A stretch of 64,000 nt of DNA from the NCBI RefSeq assembly GCF_009834535.1, contig NC_045697.1, positions 11,100,001 through 11,164,000 of the forward strand, given 5' to 3'. The DNA comes from Camelus ferus (taxonomy: Eukaryota). Every line of letters starts with the position of its first letter. Position 1 is the first letter of the stretch. Shown in pieces: positions 1 to 12,683 of this stretch. Both the position numbers and the translations under genes were made by a program. A model generated the notes under the pieces. That model saw only the letters and a program-made list of their open reading frames with translations, did no database searches and was not told the origin of the DNA.

Positions 1-149
1 AAAGAATGTATTTCTTTGGATAGTATCTCAAAGGGTATACAATTGTATCTTTTGGGGATGGTTTAAATATACAGGGACCTTAAAGATCACCTAATCTAAC
101 CATCTGCCAAAAGTATCTGGTCAAGTTCAATAAATGTCTTTGAAACCTT

Positions 150-686
150 TCAGTGGCTCCCCTCATTGCCTTCAAGACGAAGCCCAGACTTTCGAGGATC
201 TTTCATGACCCAGCCCTGCTTATCCCTCTGACCTCATTTCTACTACTTCCCTGCATCTCTGTTTCTCCTCATTCTCTCCTGCCTCTCTCTGTGTCCCCAC
301 CACCCTCCCCCAGTCACAGAGAGACACACAGCCTTGGATCTAACAGCACACAATTTTTTACAGCTCCTCTAAATCTGACAACTCTCCTTTGCTTCTGCAT
401 TTTAGTTCATGAGATTCTATTTGCTTGGAAGGCCATTACCTTCCTCTGGTTAATTTATTCTTTAAAAACCACCTCCAGGACATTTGGAGAAAGCATCTCT
501 TAGGACTGCTTCTGCTGTTCCTTCTGCTCTCCAGTAATAGAGGACATCTTGCATTTGACTGAACAGCTTACTTGATCCCCATGAGATCATAAGCTCTCTG
601 AAGGCAGGGGCTACACCTGTGTCATTATTGTATCCCTGTGGTACCAGGGACAGAGCAGACTGAATGTACGTTAATGAATGAATGAG
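150..686 (+). mobile_element. L2 LINE 3' fragment
   Basis: Pyrimidine-rich L2-like body (cagtggctccctcattgcc...), then 'aagctctctgaaggcagggg...gtcattattgtatccctg', ending in the L2 tail repeat aatgaatgaatga. Confidence 0.7.
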
Positions 687-1721
687 TTAGGCCCAGCTGA
701 GTGGACTTGTCCATGAATATATCAGCTCATCAACTGGGAAAAAGAAAAACAAAAGCAATAAAGCCTTTGTACAGTGCAGTCTTCTGAATGCTGAGAATAA
801 TTTTCACAAGGGAAAGTTTGAGCTGCCCTGAAAGCTCACAGAAGCTTAACCACAGTCCCAAAGCCTACTCGTTTCTGTGGCATCTCTTAGCAACAGGGAG
901 CACGTCTTGACCTGGGTGTGCTGTCTGGCCCGGGATAGCATCCTCTGTTGTAAAGAATGTCTGAAAGCTTCTTAGGAAGGCAAGTCCCTCCCGCAGCGTC
1001 TACCTAGAAGCCTCATTCCCTTCTGCTCTGTCCCAGAATCACAGAACAGCCCAGCAGGAAGGGTCTGTGGACACGGCCTTGCCCAACACTCTCATTTTGT
1101 TGATATAGGACAGGGAACAGAAATCCTGAAAGGCTGCCAGGTAGGGGCAGCACCCTGCATATATGAACCAAGATTTTGTGCCCTATCCTAAATTACTGAC
1201 AGCACAGCCTTATAGGGTGGGAGCTGTTATTAACTCATTTGTACAAATGATAAGGGGCTGGCCCAAAGTCCCACACCTAGTGCCCTCTCCCTGCCCACTA
1301 CTCCAAACCACCACATTCCAATCAGAACACACATCGGTTACTGGACCACCTAGAGAACGTGAGATTTAACCTTCGCTACCAATCTAAGCCCCTGGGTTTC
1401 ATTTGCCTGCATCTTATTCTTTCTCTCACTGTTTTGCAGCAGTACAATGTCAGATGTCACTGAGCTCACTCTCAATGTGCTGCCTTGGGAGACATGTCAT
1501 CATAAAGCCTAAAGTATGAAATTGGTCAGGAGTGGCCAGCACATGTCGACAACTTTGAAAAGGTGTCATTCCCAAATCTTACTAGTTCTACACTCCAATC
1601 CAGTTCTTGAAACTGAGCCAGATTCTCAGGGAAAAATAAAGCACTGTATGTACCCTTTTCAGTGGCCAACTCTCTGGGCAAAACATCATTTTATTGCAAA
1701 TCATCACAAACATCTTTTCCT

Positions 1722-1900
1722 GTACTAGCTGTGTGACCTTGGGCAAGCTGCTTTTCCTCACTGTGCCTCGGTTTCCTCATCTATAAAATGGGAATGGTAA
1801 CTGTCCCTATCTCAAATGTAGTGAGTTTTAGATCCTCATCTATAAAATGGGAATGGTAATAGTCCCTGTCTCACATGTACTGAGTTTTAGATGTAATGTC
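1722..1900 (+). mobile_element. MIR SINE with internal 59-bp tandem duplication
   Basis: MIR core 'tactagctgtgtgaccttgggcaag...ctgtgcctcggtttcctcatctataaaatggg'; 1774-1832 is repeated at 1833-1891. Confidence 0.9.
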
Positions 1901-2689
1901 CTCAGAAGAGTGACCCCTGGTGAAGGTCAGTTAACCATGCATTTGACACCCATGAGGCTGAGTAGAAGACCTCTCCTGTTGTCTGCTCTGAAAGGATGCC
2001 AACACCTGGATAAAAAATACTGCAGAAAACACATCTGTTGAGATGGCCATAAAAGGAGAGCTGGATTATAGACAAGATTCTCCAAGAACTGCAAGGAGGC
2101 TGATCACAGAGGGTTGTGTCTTCGCTGTATTAAAGGCTGCTTCTGCTATTTAAAGAAACTCTCCTGGGGATGCTATGCAAAAAATACCCACTCTCCTCAA
2201 CGTCTCCCTCCGTGATGGCTGCATATTCATAGTCAGGGCTTCTTGGCAGTGAGACGAACTCCATGAGTCATGTTGGGAGGCCAGTGACTAAGGGATTATT
2301 CCCTTTGGGGCCATGCCCATCCCACCATAATTCCACTTTCCATTTGCTACTTTATGTTTTTAAAGCTTCTGGAAAATAAACACGCATAGAGAGTACCAGA
2401 AACGAACGCGGCAGTTACTGGTGTGGGTCATGTTACAGGGGTGGGGTGCTTCCACTCCCCCCCGCTTGGCAGAAAGTGGGTGGTGCATGCCAGAAGCGTT
2501 AGACTCACCCACCCAATCGACCCTTCCACACAGATGTCTACTCTGCTAGGTGCTCCCCGGGAGCTTCCTCTACCTTCTGGAAAGAAGGAAAGAGAAACTA
2601 ACATTCATCATTATTATCATCAGTCATCACCATCACTGTTACCTTCATCATGATTATTTTTAGCTATTATTTATCCTATATCAAGTCCT

Positions 2690-2798
2690 TTTCATTAACT
2701 ATCTCCATTTTATTGATGGAGAAATCAAGGCTCAGAAAGATGAGGCTGTGTGCTCAGGTCCACAAAGATACTAAATGACAAAGAGTCAGGATTCCTAG
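2690..2798 (-). mobile_element. MIR SINE, interrupted by the MLT1 LTR (resumes ~3325-3360)
   Basis: 'ctccattttattgatggagaaatcaaggctcagaaagatgagg...ctcaggtccacaaa...gagtcaggattc'. Confidence 0.7.
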
Positions 2799-3324
2799 TG
2801 TGGAAGGCAGCCTGCAAGATGACCCCCAACTACCCTTGCCTCCTGGTATTTATACTTTTGCGTAATCCTCTTCCCTTGAGCGTGGGCTGGATTTAGGGAC
2901 TTGTTTCTGGCGATAAAACAGAATGTGTCAGAGGTGATGGGATAGCACGTCTGAGATTAGGTTACACAAAGACTGTGGCCTCCGTTGTGGCTGCCCTGCA
3001 TCCCTTGCTCACCTTGAGGGCAGCCAGTTGCCATGTGTAAGATGTACTATGGAAGGATGTTTCTGGTGTGCAGACAACAAGGACCTAAATCTGCTAACAG
3101 TCATGAGAGTGAGCTTGGGAGCTAATCTCCCGAGCTGAGTGTTGAGGGGAATGCATCCCAGCTGACGTCTTGGTTATAGCTTTGTGAAAGACGCTGATGC
3201 AGAGGTACCCAGCAAAGACACACTCGGATTCCTAAACCACAGAGACTGCGGGATAATAAATCTTTGGTCTTTAAACTGCTACGATTTGGGCTAGTGTGTT
3301 ACATAGCAATATTTTACTAACACA
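2799..3324 (+). mobile_element. MaLR solo LTR, MLT1F-like
   Basis: Starts tgtggaaggcagcctgcaagatgacccccaa...cctcctggtatt...cccttgagcgtgggctgga; AATAAA near 3256; ends gttacatagcaatattttactaacaca. Confidence 0.85.
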
Positions 3325-3659
3325 CCAGCTTAGTTTGGTTGACCCCGTAGCCTGGGCATTGGACTCTTTCTCCGTGCCACGGTGACCTTGGAACACTTGT
3401 CTTTGTCAGCCTACAAGTCAGTGATCTGAGGAACTCATCTCAACAATGACCCACAATGAAGCATAATGCAATATGGCTGGGGGCTGAGAAGGAGAGAAGA
3501 AAGAGTGGAAGGAAGTTGGTTAAGAAATTCCAATGAATGACCTTTTCACTCCCCACCACCGCAGGGCTCTAAGGCGGAGCCTAAGCGTGCACACGTCAAG
3601 AACTGAGATGTGACGAGTCTAATAAGTATTGTAGCAGCCCTCTGGGCCTAGATTGTACC

Positions 3660-3790
3660 CAGGGCATCATGTACAGTCGTAGGGTTTGGGCACTGCACAG
3701 AGGTACCGGGATGCGATGGGCAGAAGTGAACTGAAATTGGCTATACCCATCCAAAGGGGGCAACTTCTAACTCATGGACGTGGCTGTGGT
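3660..3790. mobile_element. MER91-like hAT-Tip100 MITE fragment
   Basis: 'cagggcatcatgtacagtcgtagggtttgggcactgcacagaggtacc' resembles the recalled MER91 left end. Confidence 0.5.
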
Positions 3791-4619
3791 CATTACCATG
3801 TCTTGTAAAAACAGAGGAGGACAGGCCTTGTGAAGCCTAGGAATAGCCCCAATTATAATAGCACCAGGAAGCTGCACCGTGTCACTCAACTGGGTTTCTC
3901 TTTGTTCATTTTCTCATTTGCACTTCCTTGTCGATAGGTAAAATTTTTGTGAAAATCCCAGGCAATGTCAAAGATGTTAATGACTTAACTAGAACCAAGA
4001 CAGAGGTGACTTTTTGGTTGTTGTTGTTGGTGTTTTAAAATCTTTAATTGGCATACAGCATTAAAGGGTGAACTGAGCAGTGTTCTACTGGTAGCCTAAT
4101 AACAGCCTTGGGTGGCAATCATGGGAGACACCCATTGAGAGAAGATGACAGACAGAAAGGGAGCCACTGGCTTTCAGAACCCCCTACACAATTTCTTTTC
4201 CGCACCTGGAGTTCCCTCTTCCAGTGCCAGAACCATGCCAACTCTGTATTCTTCTAAAATGGGGTGATGGCTTATTTCCCTCAGGGGCAGAGAGGATCCT
4301 GGGTGCGGGGAAATGTGGGAGACTGTTTCTGCGGTACACTGGCTTGGGATGTGGGGCCTGTTGTGTTGTGTGTGTGGGCAGCGTAAAGGGAAGTAGGTAG
4401 GCCAGTCCCAGGGCCTGAGGAATCTACAGGGGCAGTGGGTGGACCCAGGTAGATTGAAAAGTGTTGGGTATCTGGATGCCCCTATATCCTCCGCCCAACC
4501 TCTTCATTCTACATCCTGAATCTACATTCAAGTCTCACTTTAGCTCTGAGCCTTTGGGGGTCCTTCACATAATGGGCCTTACCAGCCACTTGGAAGTCAA
4601 GGGTCTTCATTTCGCTGCC

Positions 4620-5078
4620 CCAGGGTGGCACATGAAAGGTGCTGCCTGATCTGGCCAGAATTACCTGCCTAGTAATGCCACCAAGCATCGCACGCTTCCT
4701 TAGGCCTCAGCGTTTTTCATACGCTGCTCCTCCTACCAGGACTGCTCTCTCTCCCATCTCCCTTTTATCCTTCCCACAATTATCATCTTTCTAGTGAACA
4801 CCTACACATACTTCTAAATCCAATTCACAGACCTTCTCTTGTGGGAAATCACTGCTGACGTCCAGTGACCTGACCCCACCCCAGTACCCAGGCTATGTCA
4901 GAGGAGCCACCTGTGTCCTCCCCTAGCAGCAAGTATCCCCTCTCACATAACGTGCATCACACTATATTATAATGTATCTATGTCTTTCTTTCCTATTAAT
5001 TGAGAGTTATAGCCTATAGCATGCATTTCTGTATCTCAAATGCGCACTGTCGGGGTCAAAAATATTCTTGAAATGAAT
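4620..5078 (+). mobile_element. L2 LINE 3' fragment
   Basis: L2-like motifs (ttaggcctcagcgtttttcatacgctgctcctcctaccaggactgctct), ending aaatattcttgaaatgaat. Confidence 0.65.
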
Positions 5079-6162
5079 ATGTAAACCTACATGGGGCAGA
5101 GCAACTCCATGTAAGGAGACCACACGCCTTGCCCCTGAAACGTGCCTGCACACTGAGGCGCGATGCTCTGGCCCTTTCAGTGAATTACTGCCTATTCTGT
5201 TGAGGGGTGGGAGAACTGACTTCTGAGGACGGGCCCGATCACCCAGACCCTGCAGACACTGGAGGCCCAAGCAACTGACACAAAGCGGCAACTTATGACT
5301 TGGATTCTGCCCCTTCTGTCTGTGCACACACCAGGAGAGAAACACATCCTGATCCTTGTGTGGGTCATAAAAGCCTGGAGGAGATTAGAAAGGTTCAGGA
5401 ATAGGCCAGAAAGCCCTTGAGCTTTGGGTTAAACACAAGGAAAAGGAAAGTAGGCTCTGTTTCAAATGTTTGGGGTTTCGTAACATTGGACGATACCCCT
5501 TGCCCAGCACCTCTTCCTCTAACTTCTGAGCCCTTAAACTTGACGTGAACCAGAAACAGGCGGGTTGCATTCCTTTGACTCAGTTCATCAAAATGTTGTT
5601 TGTAAGGATTATGTGAATTCCAGGGACCCTTAAAAAATGGCATGCCTGTATCTCAGGCCCCAGAAGCTCCAAACCAGGTCCTCCCAACACGGGAGGATGT
5701 CATCCGCCTTAAAATGTCTCCGGGGCGGTTTGCCACGCCCTTAGCTACAATGGAAGCCCTGGACCAAAGTAATTGATTCCACTGCAGATTAACAGCCAGT
5801 GAGTTTGCCTCAGATCGATTTGCCATGCTTCATCTTCTTAGTAATTTTAAGACGAGAAAAATAACTTCAGGCAAAGGCCCTTCCCAACTTTCTCGCTTGA
5901 CAAAATCCTACGCATCCTTCAATGAATCAAATCTTTTTTACCCTCTCCCCCAACATTACAGAAAACCTCTCTCAAATATGGCTACTGGTGTTCCTATCCT
6001 TTTAAATAGTCATCATTACACAGAGAGTGAAAATGAATGTCGGCTCCTGGATTAAGTTCGAAGGCTTGGTAGGTGGTGCCTGAGTAAGACTGAGGAAAGA
6101 GTCTGGAGTCAGTACAAGGATGTCTTGTACTAGCATCAGTTAAAGAGTGTCAAGATTGACTT

Positions 6163-6288
6163 AAAATTTTTTTAATTTAATTTATTAATTTTGAGGGGGA
6201 GGTAATGAAGTTTACTTATTTTTGGAGGAGGTACTAGGGATTGAACCCAGGATCTTGTGTATGCGAGGAATGTATGCTACCCTCCCAC
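6163..6288 (-). mobile_element. tRNA-derived SINE, camelid Vic-1-like, 5' part deleted
   Basis: Reverse B-box 'gggattgaaccc'; TSD caagattgactt (6151-6162) / caagagtgactt (6289-6300). Confidence 0.85.
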
Positions 6289-6822
6289 CAAGAGTGACTT
6301 TTGAGGTCTGCTTTGGGCACAGGAGAAGGGAGCCGTGGGAACCATATATATGCTGCCCTTGGTTAGTGCTGGGAATGCAGTTGTGTCCTTGAATGCTACT
6401 GACAGTGTGTGGGGATGTTTATATCTACATCAACCGTCATTGAGTCTGCGCTTTCCAATGTTTATGTTGGGTGAGAAGGAAGGGCAAGAAATGGATTCCA
6501 CATCTCACCTTTGTTATGTCACCACCTGACTCCTCTCTGTTGGTTCACCCTTGGGAGCAGCCCCACTCTTTTATTTGTTCCTTTTAATTTCCCATCAGTT
6601 AGAAAACCAAGTAACCAAACCCTTCAGAAATGTGTCAGAAGAGTCAATATGATTCCAGGTCAAGCCTCATGGGCGCTGGTGTGAGTGAAATACAAGAGAT
6701 TTGCTGTCTGGGATTTAGCGCCCCTACCTGGGGGTCTCTGGTCTTCATTTGTCATGTCCTAGTTTCTCAGATGTCTTCCAGAGAAGCAGACAAGCAGAAG
6801 CTCTCACTAAGAAGTGGTCCCT

Positions 6823-6913
6823 GGAGGGAGAGGATAGCTCAGGTGGTAGAGCACATGCTCAGAATGCATGAGGTCCTGGGTTCAATCCCCAGTACCTCCA
6901 TAAATAAATAAAT
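6823..6913 (+). mobile_element. tRNA-Ala-derived SINE, Vic-1-like short form
   Basis: A-box tagctcaggtgg, B-box gggttcaatccc, (TAAA)n tail, perfect 11-bp TSD aagtggtccct (6812-6822 / 6914-6924). Confidence 0.92.
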
Positions 6914-7092
6914 AAGTGGTCCCTAAAGAGTGGAAGAATGGTCACTCAGGTGGTCAGCTGTTCAGAATTTTTGCAGGGTTTAGAATTGCCTTACAGGAGG
7001 GCATATACAGCATAAAGCCCCATCACAAATGACTAAAAAGTCCCAACTGAGTTACACTGAGGGTCAATTCCTGAAAGTCATGGTTATGTTCT

Positions 7093-7195
7093 TCCAATTT
7101 CACAGATGAGGACACTGCGGCTCAGGAAGCTGGAGTGGCCTATTCAGGACCACACTACTACAGCAGAGACAGAGCTGAGATTCCAGTCCACCTGG
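7093..7195 (-). mobile_element. MIR SINE
   Basis: 'ccaatttcacagatgaggacactgcggctcaggaag' is the reverse MIR core. Confidence 0.8.
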
Positions 7196-8399
7196 GTCCC
7201 TGGGGAGTGCCATGGCAATGTGGAAAGTCCTGTATCTTTCCCTGCTGTCCCCACCAGCCTGTCCTTGCTCCTCTTCTCCCAAAGTCATCAGACCAAAGAA
7301 ACTGGTGGTGGAGAGATGCAGAGATCACACTCAGCAGCAAAGAGGTCCCAGGTAGTGTACCCTGACGCCAGCCCACGGGAGCAGCCCCTGGGAGTGTTGT
7401 ATTTGCGACGGGGCTCTGATTATCTAGGAGAGAAGCTGATCCCCAGACAATAAGACGCCGTAATTTACCTGAAGATCCTTCCAGCTGTATGAAAACTTCT
7501 ATTTACGTATTTTGTTTTCAACTCTGCATATTTATTCTTTGAAATTAGTAAGAGGAATCATTTTATTGCGCTAAATCCTCTTACATTTGGACAAGGTGGG
7601 TGTGGGGGGAGCGGACAAGCGGGGCAGTTTGAATTGCTGAGAAATCTAGACCATGTAATGATTTTAGAGCGATGGCATGTTTTTTTAAATTCGTAAGTTA
7701 TCTGCCAGCTAAAACAAGAACAGAAGCCTCTGAAGCAGCCTGGAGAATCACAGCTCACGTACGTCACAGCCGTTCACATAGGATCTGCGCAAAGGAGAGC
7801 TGAGAAACCATCCGTCTAGGAGAAGAGGCAATATAATTGCCCTAAACTTTAGGAAGCATTATCTGTGCTGCATTAAAGTTTACTCTGCAATTTGCACTCC
7901 CTGATAACCAAGAATTTCCAGATAGGAGTCCGGTTGGATCTGCTTTAATTGAAATCGGAAACCCCTAACTGATCACAAGCAATTTAGGTGCTGAGATGCC
8001 TCAAAACCATTTTGCTTGAGGATAAACAAAAGCTCCTCCTGTCTTGTTGCTGTAAATAACTGGCTTTGGAAACATGGTCGCAGCCCAGCCCTGCCCAACC
8101 TGGGGAAAATACTCACAAGGTTCTCCATTTGTGGAGTTAAATGAATGAGGTTTTAGTCACAAAACCTAGGTTGTTTTCTCAGCCTCTCCTAAAGAAGCCC
8201 AGTTGTCTGTGAGAAAGGTCTGAATGCCCTGTAGAAGTCCTGTCCTGGGCAGATATTTTTTCCAGCATCCCTCTAGGTTACAGAGAGGGTGGTTTTTTTG
8301 ATAGAAATCAGGCTGCCACACCATGCCACTCTTCTAAGCAAAGATGTGGGCGCTTAAACGATACAATGTGACTACTCTACAAAGTTAACTATGCCTTAT

Positions 8400-8770
8400 T
8401 CTTCAATCCCACAAGTATTTATGACTTGCCTCCTCTGAGTCGGGTGCAGGGCTGGTGACATGATCAACCAGGGGTCCCCATCTCTCCTCCTGGAGCTTAA
8501 AATCTACTCAACAATAAGCACATGATTGCATTCATGAATGGAGAGTAATTCATTGTGATAAAACTACCAAAGGAAGCCTGGCTGCTCAGTGAGGGAATAA
8601 TGGGGCACCTTCATTAAGACAGGGGGTGTCGGGACAGGCCATGGAAGGAAGTCTGGGAATAAGACGGTGAGGCTGAGTCATTCTTCCACATTCTAACTGC
8701 GGAGCTTTCTTCTACTGAGAGCTGGCCAAGAGGTAGCAGCCACAGCAGATGCGTAAGGTAAAGACTGAAC
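8400..8770 (-). mobile_element. L2 fragment
   Basis: Reverse L2 tail 'cacaagtatttatgacttgcctcctctgagtcgggtgc...ctcctggagcttaaaatcta'. Confidence 0.55.
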
Positions 8771-8794
8771 AAGACACACCCTCCGTCCAAGAAT

Positions 8795-9025
8795 GAGGGA
8801 GCTGAGCATATTAAAGTCCAGAGCCAGGTCCCAGGGTTCGAATCCAGACCCTGCTGCTTCCCAGCTGAACAGCTTGGACAAGTGACTTCATCCATCTCTG
8901 CTTCATTTCCTCTTTTTAAAAGTTGTATGTTAACAGCCCTCACCTCATGGGTTATAGGGTTAGAAGGATTAAATTAATATATATAAAGTGCTTAGAAACA
9001 GTCTTTGGCACATAAGAAGGGCTTT
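8795..9025 (+). mobile_element. MIR SINE, near full length
   Basis: 'gggttcgaatccagaccctgctgcttcccagctg...ttggacaagtgactt...aaagtgcttagaaacagtctttggcacataa'. Confidence 0.85.
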
Positions 9026-10568
9026 GTGTTTGCAAACGTATATGGAGTTTGCAACCTGGGGTGGGCGTGGGGTGGGATGGGGATAGTTACATAAAACACT
9101 AACAGGGGAAAGTCTTCACAAATGAAGCATCATGTGGGTGCAAAGAAAGGAACAGTGAATTCTGCTAGAAAATGTACCTTAAAAAGGCTCAGTGTTGCCT
9201 GAAAGAAATACACTATACCATGCATGCAAAGAGTGCTCTGTTCTTTGATTTAGCATCTCTTCATTTTCCTCATCTGTGTAATGGGCATGACTTCCTTCCT
9301 CCTCGGTTGCTGTAGCTGATGCTCGTTACCAGAGGAGGGTTCCCTATGCAGCAACACAAGGTGGCCTGGAGGAAATACTCCCTAAATCTTTGTTGAAGGA
9401 AGACAGCCGGAGAGCTCAGGAAGTCACCCCTCCCAGCTCAGCCAAAGCCAGCTCCGGCTTCAGAGTGCAGAGAATCCCCGAGAAGGAGGAACTCATATTT
9501 TAAACAAAACTTAAAAGAACTTCCTAAATGAAAAGGAAATGCGCACAATTTTAATGATAGCCAATGTGTCAGCCTTTCCCTTGATTTTCAAATTAACTTT
9601 TAATGCTTTGGTGTTTTACCAATCCTGTCCACACTGCACTTTGAAAGTTTGCATCTTCCTTCATTTTATTCATTCATTCAGCAAACATTTATCCAGTCAA
9701 TTACTTCTACCTGCCAAGCACCATGCATGGTATTAGGGCATAAAAGCAGGCACCTTACGTTTCCTGCACATGAGTTTGTCATCCGGCGCTCAACACAAAC
9801 AAGGGAAGGTTATTACAAGAAGACAAGAACGCATGTTATGTGAGAGAAGTCAGCACAATTTGGAATTTGTAAGATACTGTTTAAATGCCTTATATCCTGC
9901 TGGTGCAAAGGAGAACAGCAAACTCAGACTTGAATTCTTCAATTTGGAATAATATTTCAGAGAGGGGTTTGAGAGCTTTGAAAAAAATGATAAGGTTTAC
10001 AGAGGAAGAAAATAAACGAAATAACTATAATCCTTACTTAGTTCCACATTTCTCCCCTTGAATAATTATAGGCAGAATTAGTTCTAAGCGAAGTGTCCCT
10101 ACCCTGTCTAGCAAAACCAACCAAACAACAATAACAGCAGCAAACACCTCCCAAATTTCTGTCACCACATGAAATAATTTAAAGGGTAAAAAGCTAATTG
10201 TACTAAATCGGGTCTATAGAAATTTGGCACAGGCATGACTTGGCTTCAGAGAGAGCTATAAAACAAAACCCAAGGGTAGGTGAAGCATTCTAAATACGGC
10301 CCTCGCCAAAAAAAAAAAAAAAAATGAGAAAAAGATAGCCATTATGATGCAAGAAAATAAATATAGAAGAAGCTGGAACCAAAAAATTACTTTTCTTTTC
10401 AAATATTGAATGTAGCTCACATTTTACATTAAATTCATTCCTTCAATGACTATGTAACCAGAGACTTAGCTGTGCAGAACATCAGGAGACAAAGATATCT
10501 GAGAGCATCCATTATCCATCTGCCTCCAGAGGACTTCATGGCAGTCTCACTTTGTGGAGTTGGTTTTC

Positions 10569-10621
10569 ATCTATCCATCCATCCACCCACCCATCCATCC
10601 ATCCAACCATCCATCTATCCA
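10569..10621. repeat. (TCCA)n imperfect microsatellite
   Basis: ctatccatccatccacccacccatccatccatccaaccatccatctatcca. Confidence 0.9.
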
Positions 10622-10725
10622 CTAATTATTTGTTAAACATCTACTCTGTGCCACTCTACCTTATATATTTTTGTAGCACCCCAAACTTCTCCTTTATAGA
10701 ACTTATCTCAATTGGAATGTACTAA

Positions 10726-11248
10726 TGTGAATGAAAAATATTGCCTGCCATATCAATAAACAAAGGACACTGTGGTCTGTGGTCATCAAGTCATCAGCCA
10801 CTACCGCCCCTGATGGTGAGGAGGGAACTCAGGATGGAGACAAGCAGGCTGCCCCCTGCCAAGCCCTCAGCCGCTGCAGCCGCCCCCAGCGGGGCCCTCT
10901 GAGGAGACTCAGGATGGGAAACACAGGATACTGGCTCCAGAGAGCTAGGTGCACGTCAAAGGAATGACTGCAGTGAGCCCAGACTTTCGCATCTTCTCAT
11001 ACATAGAAAAGCACTGAATTCCTTATCTTGAGATGTCTGGTTTTCTTTAATTAACAGTCATTTTTTAATGTTCCAACTACTTGGTCTTTGTTGCAAAAAC
11101 TCCTATGTATCCAAGATCCTCCCCTCTCTCTTCAAAGCAGTCTTTTAGAGCGATCAGAGAGACCGCCTCCCAGGCTTGAAGTCTTCAGAAAGTCCACTGA
11201 ATAAAACATACCTCCCAACTTTTATGTTGTGCATTTTTTCAGTCGACA
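10726..11248 (+). mobile_element. ERV1-class solo LTR (MER4-group-like 3' end), inserted in an L2 tail
   Basis: TG...CA termini (tgtgaatgaaaa...cagtcgaca), AATAAA at ~11200, 4-bp TSD ctaa/ctac; L2-like sequence on both sides. Confidence 0.85.
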
Positions 11249-11589
11249 CTACTTACTAGTAAAATCACCTGTTTAGTGTCTTATTATCCCTTTTTTTCTG
11301 TAAGGAATATGAGGGCAAGTAGTCTATCTTGTGGGTCTGCCAAAAAAAAAAATGCAGAATAAACAAATAGATGAAATAATAGACTCATGAAGAAAGAGAC
11401 AGATAAGAAGAGAACAGTAACGGGGCCAGGTAAGTGGAGTAACAGAGACTCTTCACATGGTTAACAGATTACAAAGAGTGGGGCCAGGAAGGGGGTGGAG
11501 TTGCCTAAATTTGAAATCTCTTTAACAAAGAAAAGTAAACAGCAGCAAAAAACCAATTACTAAGAGTAACTATACAGTGAAGGCACGTG

Positions 11590-12140
11590 ACGTAATGTCA
11601 TGAAATTTAAGAAATGGCGGCCAGGGAAAGAAACACACCCTTCTGAAGTGGAACAGAGAGTTGAAACATAGCATGACCGCCAAGGCTGGGCTCAGCCCCA
11701 GACGTCAAATTGTCTCCGAAAAGAGGTTGCTTAGAAAAAAGAGAGTCTCAGATAGTCCAGGAGAGAGCAAAGGGGTCATCCTTACCATATCAGGACACCT
11801 GGAAAGTCTGAGCCTCCTGACAAGATTAGTATGACAATGAACTACATGGTAACCATGGGGATATAATACAGGGAAAGAATATTTTAAAACGAAGAGAAGA
11901 AAAGGGAACATAGAAGATAAAAGACAGCACAAAAACCTACTTCTAAGAAAAAATAAACAAAAAAGAGAGACTGTCCCATCAAAGCTTCGTGATACAGAAC
12001 AACTTGATAAGAACATGAATTCAGTAAACTGAAAGCTCAGAAACGAGGAAAAAATATAAGAAGAGGATAAATTAAAAATTAAAAAGAAAAGGAGAATTTA
12101 ACAAAACACATTAAGGAATAAAGTAACATTTTCGCCAAAC
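11590..12140 (+). mobile_element. Possible old L1/HAL1 5'/ORF1-type fragment
   Basis: Very A/purine-rich stretch starting near 'aagaaatggcggcc'; family not securely recognised. Confidence 0.35.
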
Positions 12141-12683
12141 TAAGAATCGTCCATTGAGGCTTCTTTTCTGTGAACCCAGAATCAGGGGCCATTTTCGCCT
12201 CCATGCCAGTGGCTGCCCCACAGGTGGCCGTGACCAACCACTTGGAGGTGGTTCTTGCAAGGAAACCCAGGGACCTTTATTCCATATTGTAATCATAGGT
12301 TTAATTATTCCCCCACCTAGAATGTGAGCCCCTGGAAAGCGGCCATTCTCTCTTGCTACTCTTCACATGCCCTTGGATGAGTACAAACACTTAGTAGATG
12401 GTCAGTGAATAAATATTAGATAAACAGACAGCTAATTGGTATCAAGATCAGTGCAGTGTTTCATTAAGGATTAAGTTTGAATAAAATGGACAAATTGAAG
12501 GGGGGCGGGCAGGAGAACTTTCTCTCTCTCTCTCTCTCTTTTTTTTTTTTTTCTCTAGAAAATAAGAAGGTTCTCCTGTCTGAATTGGAGAATCATTAAA
12601 GAGCCTGGCAGAGCCACCAGTAAGGGAGAACCTTTCACATCCTGCACATCATACATGTGTAGTGTATTCATTCCAACAATTTT

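Noticed and set aside
5091..5319. Minus-strand exon-like segment with an open frame (QKGQNPSHKLP...)
   Set aside because: Only moderate acceptor and donor (CAT|GTAGGT); the peptide matches nothing I recognise
6823..6900. Apparent tRNA gene (anticodon loop would read AGA)
   Set aside because: Imperfect acceptor stem, (TAAA)n tail and an 11-bp TSD show it is a retroposed tRNA-Ala-derived SINE
10726..11248. MER41 assignment and GAS sites for the first ERV1 LTR
   Set aside because: It lacks the MER41-like blocks seen at 58.4-59.0 kb, and I found no TTC-N3-GAA in it
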